Shown here one piece after another: positions 1-13,538 of a stretch of 64,000 nt of DNA; the stretch's first letter is position 1, and each line of letters starts with the position of its first letter. The notes below the pieces were generated by a model that was not told the DNA's origin, ran no database searches, and worked only from the letters and a program-made list of their open reading frames with translations. Position numbers and translations under genes: made by a program. This stretch comes from Octopus sinensis. Lineage: Eukaryota. The stretch lies in contig NC_043001.1 in assembly GCF_006345805.1 (NCBI RefSeq), positions 85,002,001-85,066,000 on the forward strand, in the 5' to 3' direction.

Positions 1-859
1 TTTAAATCACAACTAATAATTATTTAAATCAACACGAATAATAATTTTAAATAATTCACCACTAAACATCCATGTTCGGAGATACATCTACCAAAGAGGA
101 AAAAGAGCAATGAAGTGAATTTCGTTCTGTAAGCGTCATTCGATTACGATACGAGAAACATATCCTTTCACTCGGATGAACAAGGGCCGCGTCCCATTGA
201 GCAGAACCAGACAAAGGTCGGAAAGTTTGCTTCTTGTTAGCAATATGAGTTTGGAGGTCTCTAATAACAAGACAAGTCCTTCTGAAGGTCTTCCATGCCT
301 AACACCTGCAGGCACCAATCAAATCGAAAGATAAAAATACTCCAGGGGAGATAATAAACATGTCATTGAAGCTTACTCCACCAACATGTATCAACCAACA
401 GACGTCTCAAACACCGAACATACAAAGTTTGGAGAGAAGAGAATCCTAGCATAAGACAGAACAAGATGACTTACGTCTAATAGCAATGAAATAAAACAAA
501 ATAAACTCCAATTAATATAACTATCTTATGCCGCCTACTACGCACTCTCTCTTTATTTTGCACTACGGCCATAGTACAGAGGGTACAATATACGGATAGA
601 CAGAATGAAAATGAATATGAAATGTGAGTTTTCATTGCTCACAAGGGGCCAACAAAGAAGGGGTGGCACAATCTGCTTTTAGTCAGATGAACGAATGAAT
701 TTTGACTTATGAATTTTAAAATTTATCAAAATATAATGAAATCGAATGACAGGACACACCGGAAGACATTACGGATGGAGTGGGGAGGCGGGTTCATCAC
801 GGACCCCAGGAGCCCCGCCGCACCACTGATGCATGTGACTCGTCTTGTATTGCATTCAT

Positions 860-1990
860 GAGGTGACATTTATAAGCAACATTCGTGCAACATTCTTCCA
901 TCGTCTGTCAAACATTTTCGCAGACAGGTATTTTCTCCCTAGCCCTATTTTCCTCTTCAGGTGAAAGGTGAAGTAATTCACCAATTTAGGATCAGAAATG
1001 AAGATGCCTGACTTTAACCCAATCAATCTCGTCTACCAAATTACCTCTTTCGCAATTGCTACTACAATGAGAAAACAATTCTTACTTTCTTTCGATAGGA
1101 AATCAGGCGAGTCAACTTTTACTGTTGACTCAGTCAATAGCTGTCCTCTTCCTGCACTTGACAACAGTTGTTCAGCATAAATCCACACGTTTGAAACCTC
1201 CGAACACTGAACAATAGCGTTTGGACAGGTCGATGGGCCGTAGCCACCACGCCTTGTGAGCTTGTCCCGAACAGGTAAGGCTCCTCGGTAACATTGCCAT
1301 GCCAGAGACTTGTCAAAGTTGTCCAATGTATTCGGCCCGAATGTACTTTGAAAAAGACTGACCAGCTGATTATCATCGAGACCTAGGGTCACATTCCGCC
1401 TCTAGCAACCCTCTATAAAAGAATGAGGTGGAACCACTACCACAGGCGCTGCCCAAGCGACGGAATAGCAGGAGAGCCTTACGACACTCAGTAAACCATG
1501 TACCCAACTTCGATCTTCGATAGAACCATGTTTCTCGTCCAGCGAAACTAGTGAACTTGGGAAACATCCGTTTCGCTAGCGGAGACAACACACGTTCACC
1601 ATCCAGGTAGAGTCACAGCTGCCTCAACCACAGCGCATCTCTGCGCATCAACAGTCAAGGCTTCCCTATTCCACCCTTTAACGGTTGTTGGCAGCAAATA
1701 GAACATCTCACAAGCCGTTTCGAGCCCTTCCACAAGAAGTGGAAGAGCTGTCTTTCCAGCTTGATCAACCACGAATCAGGGTAAGGAACGACGGTTAGAC
1801 GGTAGTTGATGACCGATGCGATGAACATATTGACCACCTCCGCCCTCCCTTTCAGGGATAGCCATCGCCAAGACCAGTTGTTGCCTATGTGGGTTACCCT
1901 GCTCGATACCTCGGCACATTTCTTCTCTATTTGGCGGTCTGACCCAAACCAATCTCCTAGCACGTTAATCGTACCCTCCATCCGACTGAT
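860..1990 (-). mobile_element. Tx1/L1-clade LINE, 5'-truncated 3' fragment
   Basis: Minus-strand peptides WLSLKGRAEVVNMFIASVINYRL...FLWKG...QPLKGGIG and a zf-RVT-like region (LAWQCYRGALPVRDKL...CP...C..V..VW). Several frameshifts and stops. Confidence 0.8.
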
Positions 1991-4117
1991 TTTTCAGAGC
2001 GGCTGAAGATTCGTGACTACAACAACGAAGATAAGGCCAATATCCCGAATATATAGATATGTATATCGATGTATAATAATGATATTCCTAATTTCAGAAA
2101 TTAGCACAATTCACACACACACATACATACACACACATATACACAAACATACATACACACACGCATGCACGCACACACACAGACGCACGCACACAAACAC
2201 ACATGCACGTACACAAGCACGCACGTACACACACACGCACACACACGCACAAACACACACGCATACGTACGCTCATACGCACAAACTTTTACAGTTTTAC
2301 CTTTTTAGTATTTTCAATCTGCGTTCAGTGACAATTCTGGGGCGCCACAGTTGTTCGGGATAATCTTTTAGTAACTTTAATTCATTGGCAAACTTTTGGT
2401 CAATGCTGGAGTTTGACGTTGCACTCATTTTCAATTCTTAACCCGAGATACAGTCATCTGGGGTTTGAAATCAAAGTATGCCCACTTGTCTCCGAAAACA
2501 TGTCCACATTCACGCAACGTGGATCAGTTTCTGGCCGTAACTCCAGACGGCAAAAGCGGGTCCTTTGGTACTGTGCAGCGCCAGCCTGCACCAGAATCTT
2601 TGCAGACATATAATTCTAATACTAGATGATACTGGAAGCAATGTATCAAATCTGATCTAGGCAGCATCCTCAGTTAAGTTGATGAAATTCCAAACAGATA
2701 CAAGTTAATTTTAAAGTTAACGACAGAAAATCATCGCCGGAGGTAGTAGACAGATTCCACTCTATGATTGAATGTATATTTCGTTACTTTTTCTCTTTTT
2801 TTTTACATAACATATTATTATTAACTAAATGTTTTAAACTTATATATAAATAACACACTTTGTGAATAATATGAAAGCTGTAGTCTAATTGAAGACAGAG
2901 AAACGTCTTTCATTGATACACATTGATAAGGTTTTATAAAGAACTGAGAATTAAACGTTCATCTCATGAAGAGGATGTATATCACTCACCAGCAACGTTT
3001 GTCGTCTCCAAATCTCCTGAAGCAATTTAGAGATAAATGCATTTAGAGATATGGTGATATCACTGAACGACTCGATTTACGTCGAACCACAAAAATTAAA
3101 CATTATATGAGCGGAATTTCAATGATTTGCACTAACTCAGACTTATTACAGAACATGGAAATGAAAGAAAATATAGAAGTTCTCCGAAATGCTGGCGATT
3201 CTGATGATAATTTCATTATGTAACTTTTATTTCAACTGATCTATAGATTTACTGTTGAGTTATTATGAATGAATTATTGCAATAACGATAGATAATACCA
3301 TGGTATTGTAAAAATATACTATTAAAATATGTTGCTGTTAGTTTTCTGCGGTGGTTTAGAGTTGTAATTCCAAAACCAATAATCTACGATCAATTTTACT
3401 ACGCGCACGCGCACGTATATGCACGCACATACACTCATACACATGCACAGACATGCACATGTAGAGAGAGACGCATGTTTAGCTGAGTTTAAAAGATATT
3501 TAATGAATAATATGAAAAAACATCATTTATATATATATATGATGCAGCACGGATATTTGTCAGTGAACAGGCCGCGGTCTTAAAGCGACGAAAATATTTT
3601 GACAAATTAAACTTAAATGTTGAAGTGAATCGAACGGCTTTTGTGTGTTTCTTAAATGGCTTACAAACACCTTCCACGCTGCAATTGTTTTTGTTTCAGC
3701 ACACGATCTCAGATCAAATCACTTGCTATGCAAGTACATCTCCGTAATATATATATATATATATATATACTAAAATGAATTTTTTGATATTACAAAAAAA
3801 TATATATAATGTTTTCCTTCATAATTTTCCCAAATTGTTGAGTCCAGTATTGTTAAAAACTTTCCTAGACTTTTCTTAAATGTTTCTCAATCAACCACCC
3901 ATAGAGAGAATTCTTTACTATTTTAGAGCTGTGCTAAGATGCCAAAAACAGCAGTATAATGTACGTACAGCAATTATATATGAAGTAGGCATTATCACCA
4001 ACAAAGCAAATGACGCACGCAAATACTATAGTAGAAGATAAATTTAAACATGCTTCAATTGTATTCTTCCTTTCATAAATACAGAACAAATTAATATAAC
4101 CAGGCTAAATATTTATA

Positions 4118-4325
4118 GTTAATCCAAACATGAAAACACAAAGAGAAAACACAACAACGCGAGGATGTGGTACAAGTATAGTGTTATTGGACGCTCAGGA
4201 AATGAAAGAAAGAAGGAGGATTTAACGTTTCGAGCGGAGCTCTTCGTCAGAAACATAGAAAGAGGAAAAATCCAAGGAAGGGAAGACGGAGGAAAAAAAT
4301 CGCCAAGGATACACACGCAGTCACG
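4118..4325 (-). mobile_element. Short Penelope-type terminal repeat, family A, with minimal hammerhead-like motif (4221..4253)
   Basis: Minus strand uuu-CUGACGA-A-GAGC-UCC-GCUC-GAAACGUU-aaa. Closely similar to 32688..32895. Confidence 0.6.
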
Positions 4326-4590
4326 CAAGACCCCCTTCGGTCATGAATGGCCATGGGATAGCAACTAGAAAGTTGCCCTCCGAGGTACAAGTCTGGCCAA
4401 GTTTATATATGAAAGACACGTAGTCGCCCATGCGTACCAGCCTCCTCTTTCCACGTCACTGATGTTATCCAAGGGAAAGTCAAAGGTCGATACGGCTTGG
4501 CACCTGTGACGTCGCAACTCATTTCTACAGCTGAGTGAACTGGAACAATGTGAAATAAAGTGACTTGCTCAACAACACGACACCACAATC
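4326..4590 (-). mobile_element. tRNA-type SINE fragment
   Basis: Reverse complement contains the core ttgagcaagtcactttatttcacattgttccagttcactcagctg, shared with the SINE at 43672. Confidence 0.6.
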
Positions 4591-4794
4591 CATTCTACCT
4601 TTTTTCAGACCAATAGAAAACTCTTGAGAGGGGCTGGCTCAGTCGATTACATGTATATAATCGAAAAGGCTCCTCCCCGCAAATTTCAGATCTTGAGTTA
4701 ATAGTAGAGAAGATATTATTATTATAATATGATATATTGGGTCGATAAATACTTGCCATTGCATTTTTAATCAACCAAATATGATATCACCAAC

Positions 4795-5014
4795 TGATAT
4801 CTGAAAAGTTCGATGAAATAACTCATGAACACAGCGATAGCTTCTACCAAAAGAGGCTCCATTACGCCGACTAGTCTGAACAAGAGGGGATAATAGAAAA
4901 AGAATCGTTCGTTTATTATCTCCCTTGGTTCAGGCCGGTCGACGTAATGGAGCATCTTTTGGTGGAAGCTATCACCGTGTTCATGAGTTATTTAATCGAA
5001 CTTTTCAGATATCA
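4795..5014. repeat. Foldback inverted repeat (about 100-bp arms, about 18-nt spacer), probable MITE
   Basis: 4795..4895 is the reverse complement of 4914..5014 with scattered mismatches. Confidence 0.8.
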
Positions 5015-8000
5015 ATTAGTGGGCTCTACAGGACAAGTTAGATAAGATAGACATGTATTCCCTTACGGCTGATGTAATTTAACTCTTTTTTTCTTTCAAG
5101 GCTTGAGTACCAATTGAAAAATTCAAATTTGATTGCAAAGAATTAACATTTGATGTCAATGAATCCAAATTAGATCGAAAACATATATATTATTATTATT
5201 ATTATTATTATCATTATTATTTTTCCTTCTTCAAATTTTCTTCTGTTTCTCGCTGAGTGTTTTCCCTACACCTAGGGCAGAGAAGCTCATTGTATGCATT
5301 CCCAGATTACACACGCAAATTCATAGGTAAAATATGTATCTAAAAAATTAATGAATAAATAAATTCATGAATGGATGTTTTCACAGCGATAATGCTCTTC
5401 TCAATACATAAGCCGTTCCAGTTAACACGATTTTTTTTATTTGCTGCGGAGTAGTACAGACATACTTCCAACACCCTACATAAGTGCTGGTTAAAATTGT
5501 TGTTTTCACACTTTTATTATCGTTTTATATGCTAAATGTTTGTCCAAATTTGTTAATAACAGCACGAAAAATCTCTTGGCTGATGTTCTGCAGTTGTTTT
5601 AGCGCCATGCGGGGCAATATTTTGCATCATAAACGGTTCGTCTAGTTAAAAAAATAATGAATACTTGTACAAGATGGTATATTCAACTGCATTCATGTAA
5701 GCATAAAGGGAGAGGACGGCTCCTCCCCCAAGCCTCCCCTCAGACGAAGACTTTCCTCTTCTTCCGTTACTCACTTCCATAAATGACAACGAGCTGAAGA
5801 GTGATATTTGCGGCAACAACCACCACAAAAGTAACCACCATCACCACCAGCACGACCAGAGAAGGACGAAATAACTGTAGATCTGATGGATGAGGCAGAT
5901 TACTGTGATAGGAGAGGCTGAGTATTTGAGAAAGATGGCACGCTACTGGCTTGCTGTTCAAAAGGTGAAGTTTTAACCGGGATAAAATAAACAAAGAGAA
6001 GAATCGTGTGTGCGTTTGTAAGGGAAATATTTGAAGCTGTTGCTGCTCGGATATTTGACGTTCGGTACAATAGCATTCTACTGTATGTTGACGAGAATGT
6101 CCGTGTGTGTGCTGCATGTGTGTGTGTGTATGTGTGTGCTTTGTGTATGAGCGTGAGTGTGTGTGCGTGTATGAATGAGTGTGAGCGTGCGTTCGTGCGT
6201 GTGTGTGTTTAGTAGATATTATGAGTGATGCAACCCGCTATTAAGATTATCATTGAAAATACCATCAGATGTGATCGAATATTTGACAAAAGTATTCATT
6301 TGAATGTTGATGAGGATGTCCCCCCTAGTCTCTGTGTATAGCACTCTGCGTATGTCCATGTCTGTGTGTTCGTGTGTGTGAGTATGTCTGTTTGCGTGTG
6401 AGTACAAAGTCAGTACCACCTCGCCGATATAGTCAGAGCTGCAACCTGGTATTAAATTTATTCTTGAAAATGATCTGATCTGAAGTATGGATCGGCTCTT
6501 TATCACGCTGTTCTTGACTTGATGACTAAGCACAAAACTGTTTAAATGATATGAGCTGCTAAAAGTGACTAAATCATGATTCGACTGAATATTTTCTTTC
6601 AGTTGTGCGTCTGACATGTGTATAAACCTTGCCTATGAGCGACATATGTAGGAATACTGACATAGAGCGATATCTGCATATTAAATGTAAGTCATTATGC
6701 ATGACGGCAGCGAGGCTATCAATGTACATAGGGAAAAGTGAAAGAGACATTTAGTTTACTTTGTACAAACATCAGCGTTATACATTGCTATGCGCTGTCT
6801 GGAAATTATCTGAATGGAGAGACGATTGGCGATTGTAGAAGCGTAATCTATTGTTTCTCACAACAAATACGGTCGAATGTTTTGCTTCTGTTAAATGCAC
6901 TGATTGCATGTATTAACTATTGTTTCAGTTAAGATAGTGGAATCGAAAACAATATCTTGATACATGTATATTTTCTTGGACCTAACCTACCACTCTGTTT
7001 TCACTTTACGCCACAACAATAGATGATATTAGATGCGTTCCGTTTTATTTCACGGTTCCTGTTATAGAAGACCCATGGGGTTAGGTTTCTTCTTGCTTTT
7101 CAAACACTGTCTCGGAGAACATGTGATAGTGATAGGTATATTCTTTCCTCCTGTCGTTAAGCCGTCGAAAATGTAAATTATTTGGCAGGAAATCATGCTG
7201 ACCAACAACTTATATAATTCACCGAAATTGTACATATTTAGATATTAAGAGAGCTGGTATCGGCTTAAGAAACATCTTATTAGCTCCATAACACACACAC
7301 ACACGATTTCTCTCTCTCTCCCTTCCCCCCTCTCTCTCTCACACACATACACAAATACACATAGACACACACACACACATGACTACGCTATCTTTCTCTC
7401 TCCCTCTCTTCTCTCTCTCTCTCTCTATCTCTCTCTCTGTTACATACAGATACACAAAAATATACCCTCTCACACACAAACAAACATACACGGAATCTCC
7501 CACGTTACATATAACTTCTACATATTTAATCGTGTATATATGTGCTTATTTAAGTATTTGCTTGTATATGCTTTTGTGTAAGTTTGTGTGTACGACGTGC
7601 TCACGAGTTGTATTCCATGAGAAATTTGCAGACGGAATTGCCAACTTATTATAGCATAAATATTCCAAAGACTTTCGGAACATCCATTTTGTAAGAATCG
7701 ATGTGAGACCTTTATAGCAAAAATTCATTGTAATATTCGAAGTTTCTTTTCATCCGACAGACATCTGTACAATTTCGGTTTACAGCAATTGTCTCGATAT
7801 TAATGTCTCATGACAAAGCAATAGAAGAAAAAGCAATAGAAGAAAAAGCCTGAAGGACATCTATGCATATATGTACAAAGGCACACAAAACAGATGCATA
7901 AATACATATATACATACATACATACATACGTACATACAGACGTACGTACTGCGTACGTACGTATATATAGATAAGTAGGCCACACATGCATAAAATATTT

Positions 8001-8219
8001 AGAACCGACCACGATCTGCCATAAGACATATAAAAAATAATTGAACCGCAGCCACCAATACTAAACTTTCATATATTCTCGCACGTAAAGAATTGACTAG
8101 AAATATATGTGGAATATATTAAACATAAGAAAGTTTTGAAACCACAAAAAATAAAGAAAAATGTTGTTGCAGATCTTCTAATTGACAGGCCGTTTCTTAA
8201 CAAGAATGCATACATGCTT

Positions 8220-8298
8220 ACATACACACGTACGTACATACATACATACATACTTTAATACATATGGATGTATAAACATGTATATATATATATATATG

Positions 8299-8358
<60 letters not shown>

Positions 8359-8507
8359 TGTGTGTATACAAATATGTGCATGTATACATTTATGTATGCA
8401 TATATGTATGTGTGTGTGCACGTATGTATGCATGGATACACCTGGACATATGCAAACACACTCACCCATACACACACATATATACATATACATACATACA
8501 TACTTAC

Positions 8508-8540
<33 letters not shown>

Positions 8541-8687
8541 ATATACATGCAGGTGAGAAACAGTGTTTGTTTCTGTGAATATGTGTACATGTGTATAATT
8601 TAGATATACGAAGTAATTTTCTGAAAAAAAAACATCAATTACAGTTATGCAAAATATATATGCCTTCATATATACATGTACACATTC

Positions 8688-8749
<62 letters not shown>

Positions 8750-8789
8750 AGGTGTGTTTTTCTGTATTTATATATGTATATACATACAT

Positions 8790-8856
<67 letters not shown>

Positions 8857-9386
8857 CATACAGACATGCACACGGACATCTGTGCTTCTATTTGTCATGT
8901 AGTATTTCAGTTGCATTCAGATATATTGTCAGTCATGCACTGTCTTACGTGAAAACTTTTCATGTTTTTTTTTCTTCCTGTAGATCTTGTTTTCGTCGTT
9001 GATATTCTTGTTCATATTTTATTACCATTTGAGTATTGCAGACGTTATCGTATTGGTTTTCGTTTTTACTTGACGTCTGGAATCGTGTTTGTTATTCATC
9101 ACGACATTTAATTGTATATATTTCTACAGTCTCACCTGCCTCCATTACCAGCATACGTGTGCTTGCTATTTTAATTGGTCCTCAGCAAGGACGTGCACTA
9201 CCTGCGAAAAAAAAAAGATGCAATTAAGAATGGAATGTAATCATCAATTATTTACAACTGTGTTAATAACACCCTGCAGTAGAGAACGAGATTTAACTCT
9301 ACGATGTTGGTCTCGGCGTCCTTGGGTACGTATGTATGTATGTACGTATGTGCGCATGTATGTATAATGTATATACGCATACACAC

Positions 9387-9477
<91 letters not shown>

Positions 9478-9601
9478 GATGTACATCTATCTATCGATCT
9501 GTCTATCTATCTATCTACCTTTCTATCTAGCGATATATATGATATATATACATATATATATATATGTATTTATGTGTGTGTGTATATATATACATACATA
9601 C

Positions 9602-9647
<46 letters not shown>

Positions 9648-9700
9648 GTATGTATGTATGTATGTAAGTATGTATGTTTGTGTGCGTGTGATTGAAATAT
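8220..9700. repeat. Cluster of (TA)n, (CA)n, (TATG)n and (TATC)n microsatellites
   Basis: Directly visible. Source of the many YI/HT/CV low-complexity ORFs. Confidence 0.95.
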
Positions 9701-9850
9701 ATATGAGCTGAGACAAAAAAATATAGACCTCGCCATTACGTTACTTGTCATTGGTACTCTCATGCCATTTCCTTTCTTCATATGAATGTTATCACCGGGA
9801 ATTGTCTTAACGTCTTCAACAGTAAATACGAACGATAGCAAAAAATTGTG

Positions 9851-9986
9851 ATGCCTTCTATTACACTACTATTTAAAGTGTCATTGCCGCGCTGAATATT
9901 ACTCTGTCGTATGCTACTCCTGGATTCCGCTGTACAATAAGAAAATTTTGTAGATGAGAAGTCAGAATGGAACTCTTGTAAGACCA
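9851..9986 (+). pseudogene. Degraded S-crystallin paralogue, exon 1
   Basis: Reads ATGCCTTC...CGCGCTGAA (RAE)...TGTCGTATGCTA (CRML)...GTACAATAA (VQ*, Tyr29 to stop)...TCAGAATGGAAC (SEWN)...ACCA|GTAAGA. It has the same phase-1 donor as the intact exon 1, with -2 and +5 frameshifts. Confidence 0.85.
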
Positions 9987-10315
9987 GTAAGATTTGATAT
10001 ATTTCTGCAATTTTTTCTTAATTCACTTTCTTACGAATCTCGTCTGTTGGCTTCCGGCTTCCAATAATGGAGTGTAGACAATTTATAAAATATGGTTTAT
10101 TATTTTTAACATAGCGCTATTTTAAATGTTTCATCGCTCTTTAAAACATTGTGAATTTCTGGCAAATATACCCGAAGATTTCATGTGCATCTAGAAACCA
10201 TGGACATGCACCTATGCATTTCCTCTTCCGTGTGCAAGTCTGAGTAACATTTTACGATTACGGGTCACCATTTGTTGATTCTGGATGCAAATCTACACTT
10301 TCCACACAATTGTTG

Positions 10316-10640
10316 CTATCATCATCATCATCATCATCATCGTCGTCGTCGTCGTCAGCATCATCATCATCATCATCATCATCCTCATCAATTAACGTCC
10401 GTTTTACATGCTGGAATGGGTTGGACTGTTTGACTGAGGTCTGGAGAGCCAGCGGCAGCAACAGACTCCAATCTGATCTGGCAATGTTTCTACAGGTGGA
10501 TGCCCTGAGAGTGTAGTGAGTGCTTTTTACGTACCACTGGGACACTGAGCCAGTCAAGCGGGCTTGGCATTGATCACGTACTTTGGTCACGTTCGGATGG
10601 TGCTTTTTACGTGCCACTGGCATGGGAGCTAATCAGGGGT
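10316..10640 (-). mobile_element. Interspersed repeat with (GAT)n 3' tail (RTE-type tail)
   Basis: (CAT)n run followed by ttaacgtccgttttacatgctggaatgggttggac. Read on the minus strand this is a retroelement 3' end with a trinucleotide tail. Confidence 0.5.
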
Positions 10641-10799
10641 CAGTGGCTACAGCTACGATATTGGTTTTACCTTGGCTTCTTAATCACAGCATATCTCCAA
10701 AGATCTGTGAGGCCCAATATTTGAAGGTCATGCTTCACCCCCTCATCCCATGACTTCTTGGATAGCAACTCATCAAGGGTATTCGTAACAGGACTGGAC

Positions 10800-11145
10800 A
10801 TGCATGTCTACGATCTCAGTTTCAATTCCCAGACCAGGCGTTGTGAGTGTTTATCGAGCGAAAACACCTAAAGTTCCACGAGGTTCCAGCAGGGGATGGT
10901 GGTGTACCCTGCTGTACTCTTTCACCACAACATTTATTCACTCTTTCTTCTGTTTCTGTTGTACATGTATTCAAAAAGCCAGCCTTCTCATATGCTGTGT
11001 CACGCTGAATCACCCCGAGAACTATGTTCAGGATATACGTGTCTGAGGAGTGCTCAGCCACGTGCACGTTAATGTCACGAGCAGGCTGTTCCGCTGATCG
11101 GATCAACTGGAACCCTCATCGTCATAACCGACGAAGAGCCACGAT
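10800..11145 (+). mobile_element. Octopus SINE-like repeat
   Basis: B-box-like gtttcaattccc head, and a body ending ggatcaactggaaccctcatcgtcataaccgacg that I recall as a common octopus repeat (not searched). Confidence 0.5.
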
Positions 11146-11198
11146 TCATGTATATATATAGAGAGAGAGATAGAGAAAGAGAGGGGGAGGGAGAGAGA

Positions 11199-11662
11199 TA
11201 CTCTTTTACGTGTTTCAGTCATTTGACTGCGGCCTTGCTGGAGCACCGCCTTTATAATCGAGCAAATTGACCCCAGAGCTTATACTTTGTAAGCCTAGTA
11301 CTTATTCTATCGGTTATTTTTGCCGAACCACTAAGTTACGGAAACGTAAACACACCAGAATCGGTTGTCAAGCGATGTTGGGGGACAAACACCAACACAC
11401 GAACACACACAAACATACATACATACATATATCTATCTATACATATATATATATAATATATATATATATATAATATATATATATATACATACATATACGA
11501 CGGCCTTCTTTCAGTTTCCGTCTACCAAATCCACCCACAAGGCTTTGGTCGGTCAGAGGCTATAGTAGAAGACGCTGCCCAAGGTGCCACGCAGTGGGAC
11601 TGAACTCGGGACCATGTGGTTCGTAAGAGCAAGCTACTTACCATACAGCCACTTCTGTGCCT
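11199..11662 (-). mobile_element. tRNA-derived octopus SINE, family 1 (near full length)
   Basis: Minus strand A-box tggctgtatgg, B-box-like gagttcagtccc, core ggcaccttgggca, internal (TA/CA)n and (aaaagagt)n tail. Homologous to the 19875, 24350, 35778 and 51318 copies. Confidence 0.85.
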
Positions 11663-11713
11663 TTAAGGCAGACAAAATACCACTAACCATTTCGCCCGGC
11701 GCGTTAACGTTTC

Positions 11714-11760
<47 letters not shown>

Positions 11761-11770
11761 ATATATATGA

Positions 11771-11801
<31 letters not shown>

Positions 11802-11837
11802 CGTGTATGTGTGTGTGTATATGTATGCGTATACATG

Positions 11838-11884
<47 letters not shown>

Positions 11885-12253
11885 ATATAATTATGTTAAA
11901 GGCGAAAGTTGAAATAGGACTTTTCTCTTGCATACTGAATGAATGTTTAAACATTGTGAAGTTACCGAAGCTCCCTAAATACACGTGATTGAAAGCGGGC
12001 TAGTGAACAGATATTTAGAAAAAGACACCAGATCAATTGCGAATTATGTATTTTCAAGATTAAAATCTTAAATAGATTTTCTGATCATCATGTGAAAATA
12101 TATGAACAGGTGTTAGTACATACCCATAACAAAGCGAATCTGCATGTCTATGCACAGATTTAAACTTTCTCACGAAGATCACATGCATTTATATCAAAAT
12201 CCGACCGCTGAAAATGTGGATTTTTGATGGGGAGTAAAAATGTTATACTAATA

Positions 12254-12647
12254 TCTTTATATATAAAAGTCAAGTTGTGTGTCTGTCTCCTACGATTTAG
12301 ATTCCTAACTACTTCCACATTTTGCGGTGCAGTTTAACCAAAACCGAGTATCTTATAGTCGTGATTCATATCGAGCCCTTCTGGGTATTAGCGCGCGTCT
12401 ACGATGAGTCTACGATTAAAAAAAAAATACCGTCATTTTTTCCATTTTAATGCATTTTTTTCGCTATTATATAAGGGACGTAACTCTCTAAATATGTCTA
12501 CGGTGAGTCAACGATTTAAAAAAAAAATTACCATAATTTTTTTTCCATTTTTAATGCATTTTTTGCTATTCTTTGGCTATAACTCTCTAAACATGCTTTA
12601 TAGTTATTTCCCTTACAAACCCGAGCAACGCCGGGGGATACTGCTAG
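12254..12647 (+). mobile_element. Non-autonomous Helitron
   Basis: Inserted between A and T. Starts TC(TTTATATATAAAAG), ends with the hairpin CCCGAGCAACGCCGGG (12620..12635) and CTAG (12644..12647). Internal ~100-nt tandem duplication. Confidence 0.85.
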
Positions 12648-13075
12648 TTTCATATATTTATATATTTTCCTAAAATAAGGATAAAAATGACTTAAATGAT
12701 AATTATCAGGTAGTTAGCATTAAAATAAAGAATTTATATATTAATTTAATTTTTACACATAAGTACATGTAAATATATGGAATAATTATAAACAGGACCG
12801 ATTGTAGCCATTTCTCCGCAGAGTGAAACAACTTTAATCAATTTTCGAACCTTATTGAGTTCTCATCAAATGAGGCAACGTCATTTTGACGGTCTTCAGA
12901 GAGACAACCAACCAAACTGTTTATATACTTAACAAATACGGAAGTTACTCTATGAAGGAAACACTAATTTGGATACCGAAAGTGATTAACACTCTATATA
13001 TACCAGCGGCTTGTCAGCAGGGATCTTAGTCCACACATTATCAAGGTATGATATAATAAACATGTAACACATGGT

Positions 13076-13356
13076 ATAATTATATTAAGGGAGAAAGTTG
13101 AATCGTGACCTTTCCCCTCCATACTGAATGTCTAAACATTACGAGGCTATCGTGAAAAACGCCATAAATACATGCGATTAAAAGCCGGATAGTGAGGAGA
13201 TATTAAAAAAAAGACACCACATTAATTAAGAATTAGCTAATTAGCTAATTTCAAGATTAAAATCTTAAATAGTTTTTCTTCCCACCAACAGCGTTATGCA
13301 TGTTTAGACATTCAGTATGGAGGAGAGAATTCATGCTCCGACTTTCTCTCTTAATA

Positions 13357-13363
<7 letters not shown>
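13076..13363. mobile_element. MITE with about 64-bp terminal inverted repeats
   Basis: 13076..13140 is the reverse complement of 13300..13363. TA-rich flanks. A diverged partial copy lies at about 11890..12090. Confidence 0.75.
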
Positions 13364-13424
<61 letters not shown>

Positions 13425-13433
13425 ATATAAAAG

Positions 13434-13486
13434 GAGCTTCTACAGGACTAGAACTGTTTCATTCAAGAGAAATCTTCAGGAAGCTC
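13434..13486 (-). ncRNA. Type I hammerhead ribozyme motif (U.U at base of stem II)
   Basis: Minus strand: stem I gagcuuc/gaagcuc (7 bp); CUGAAGA; U-UUC-UCUU-GAA-U; GAAA; stem III ACAG/CUGU with a CUAG-containing loop; cleavage triplet GUA. Lies in an ~110-nt island between (TA)n tracts. Confidence 0.68.
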
Positions 13487-13538
13487 TATGTATTGAGTAC
13501 CTTATTTACTGTGGTTAACCCCGAATCAACCCGGGACC

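Noticed and set aside
60-480. Non-repetitive, coding-looking stretch at the window start
   Set aside because: All frames are interrupted and no recognisable motif was found. It may be an old transposon relic.
6219-6617. 132-aa minus-strand ORF
   Set aside because: No recognisable domain, it includes microsatellite-derived HT repeats, and there is no splice context.
7800-9841. Numerous long ORFs rich in YI, HT, CV and MY
   Set aside because: They are translations of (TA)n, (CA)n and (TATG)n microsatellites with no coding signal. The same applies to similar ORFs throughout the window.
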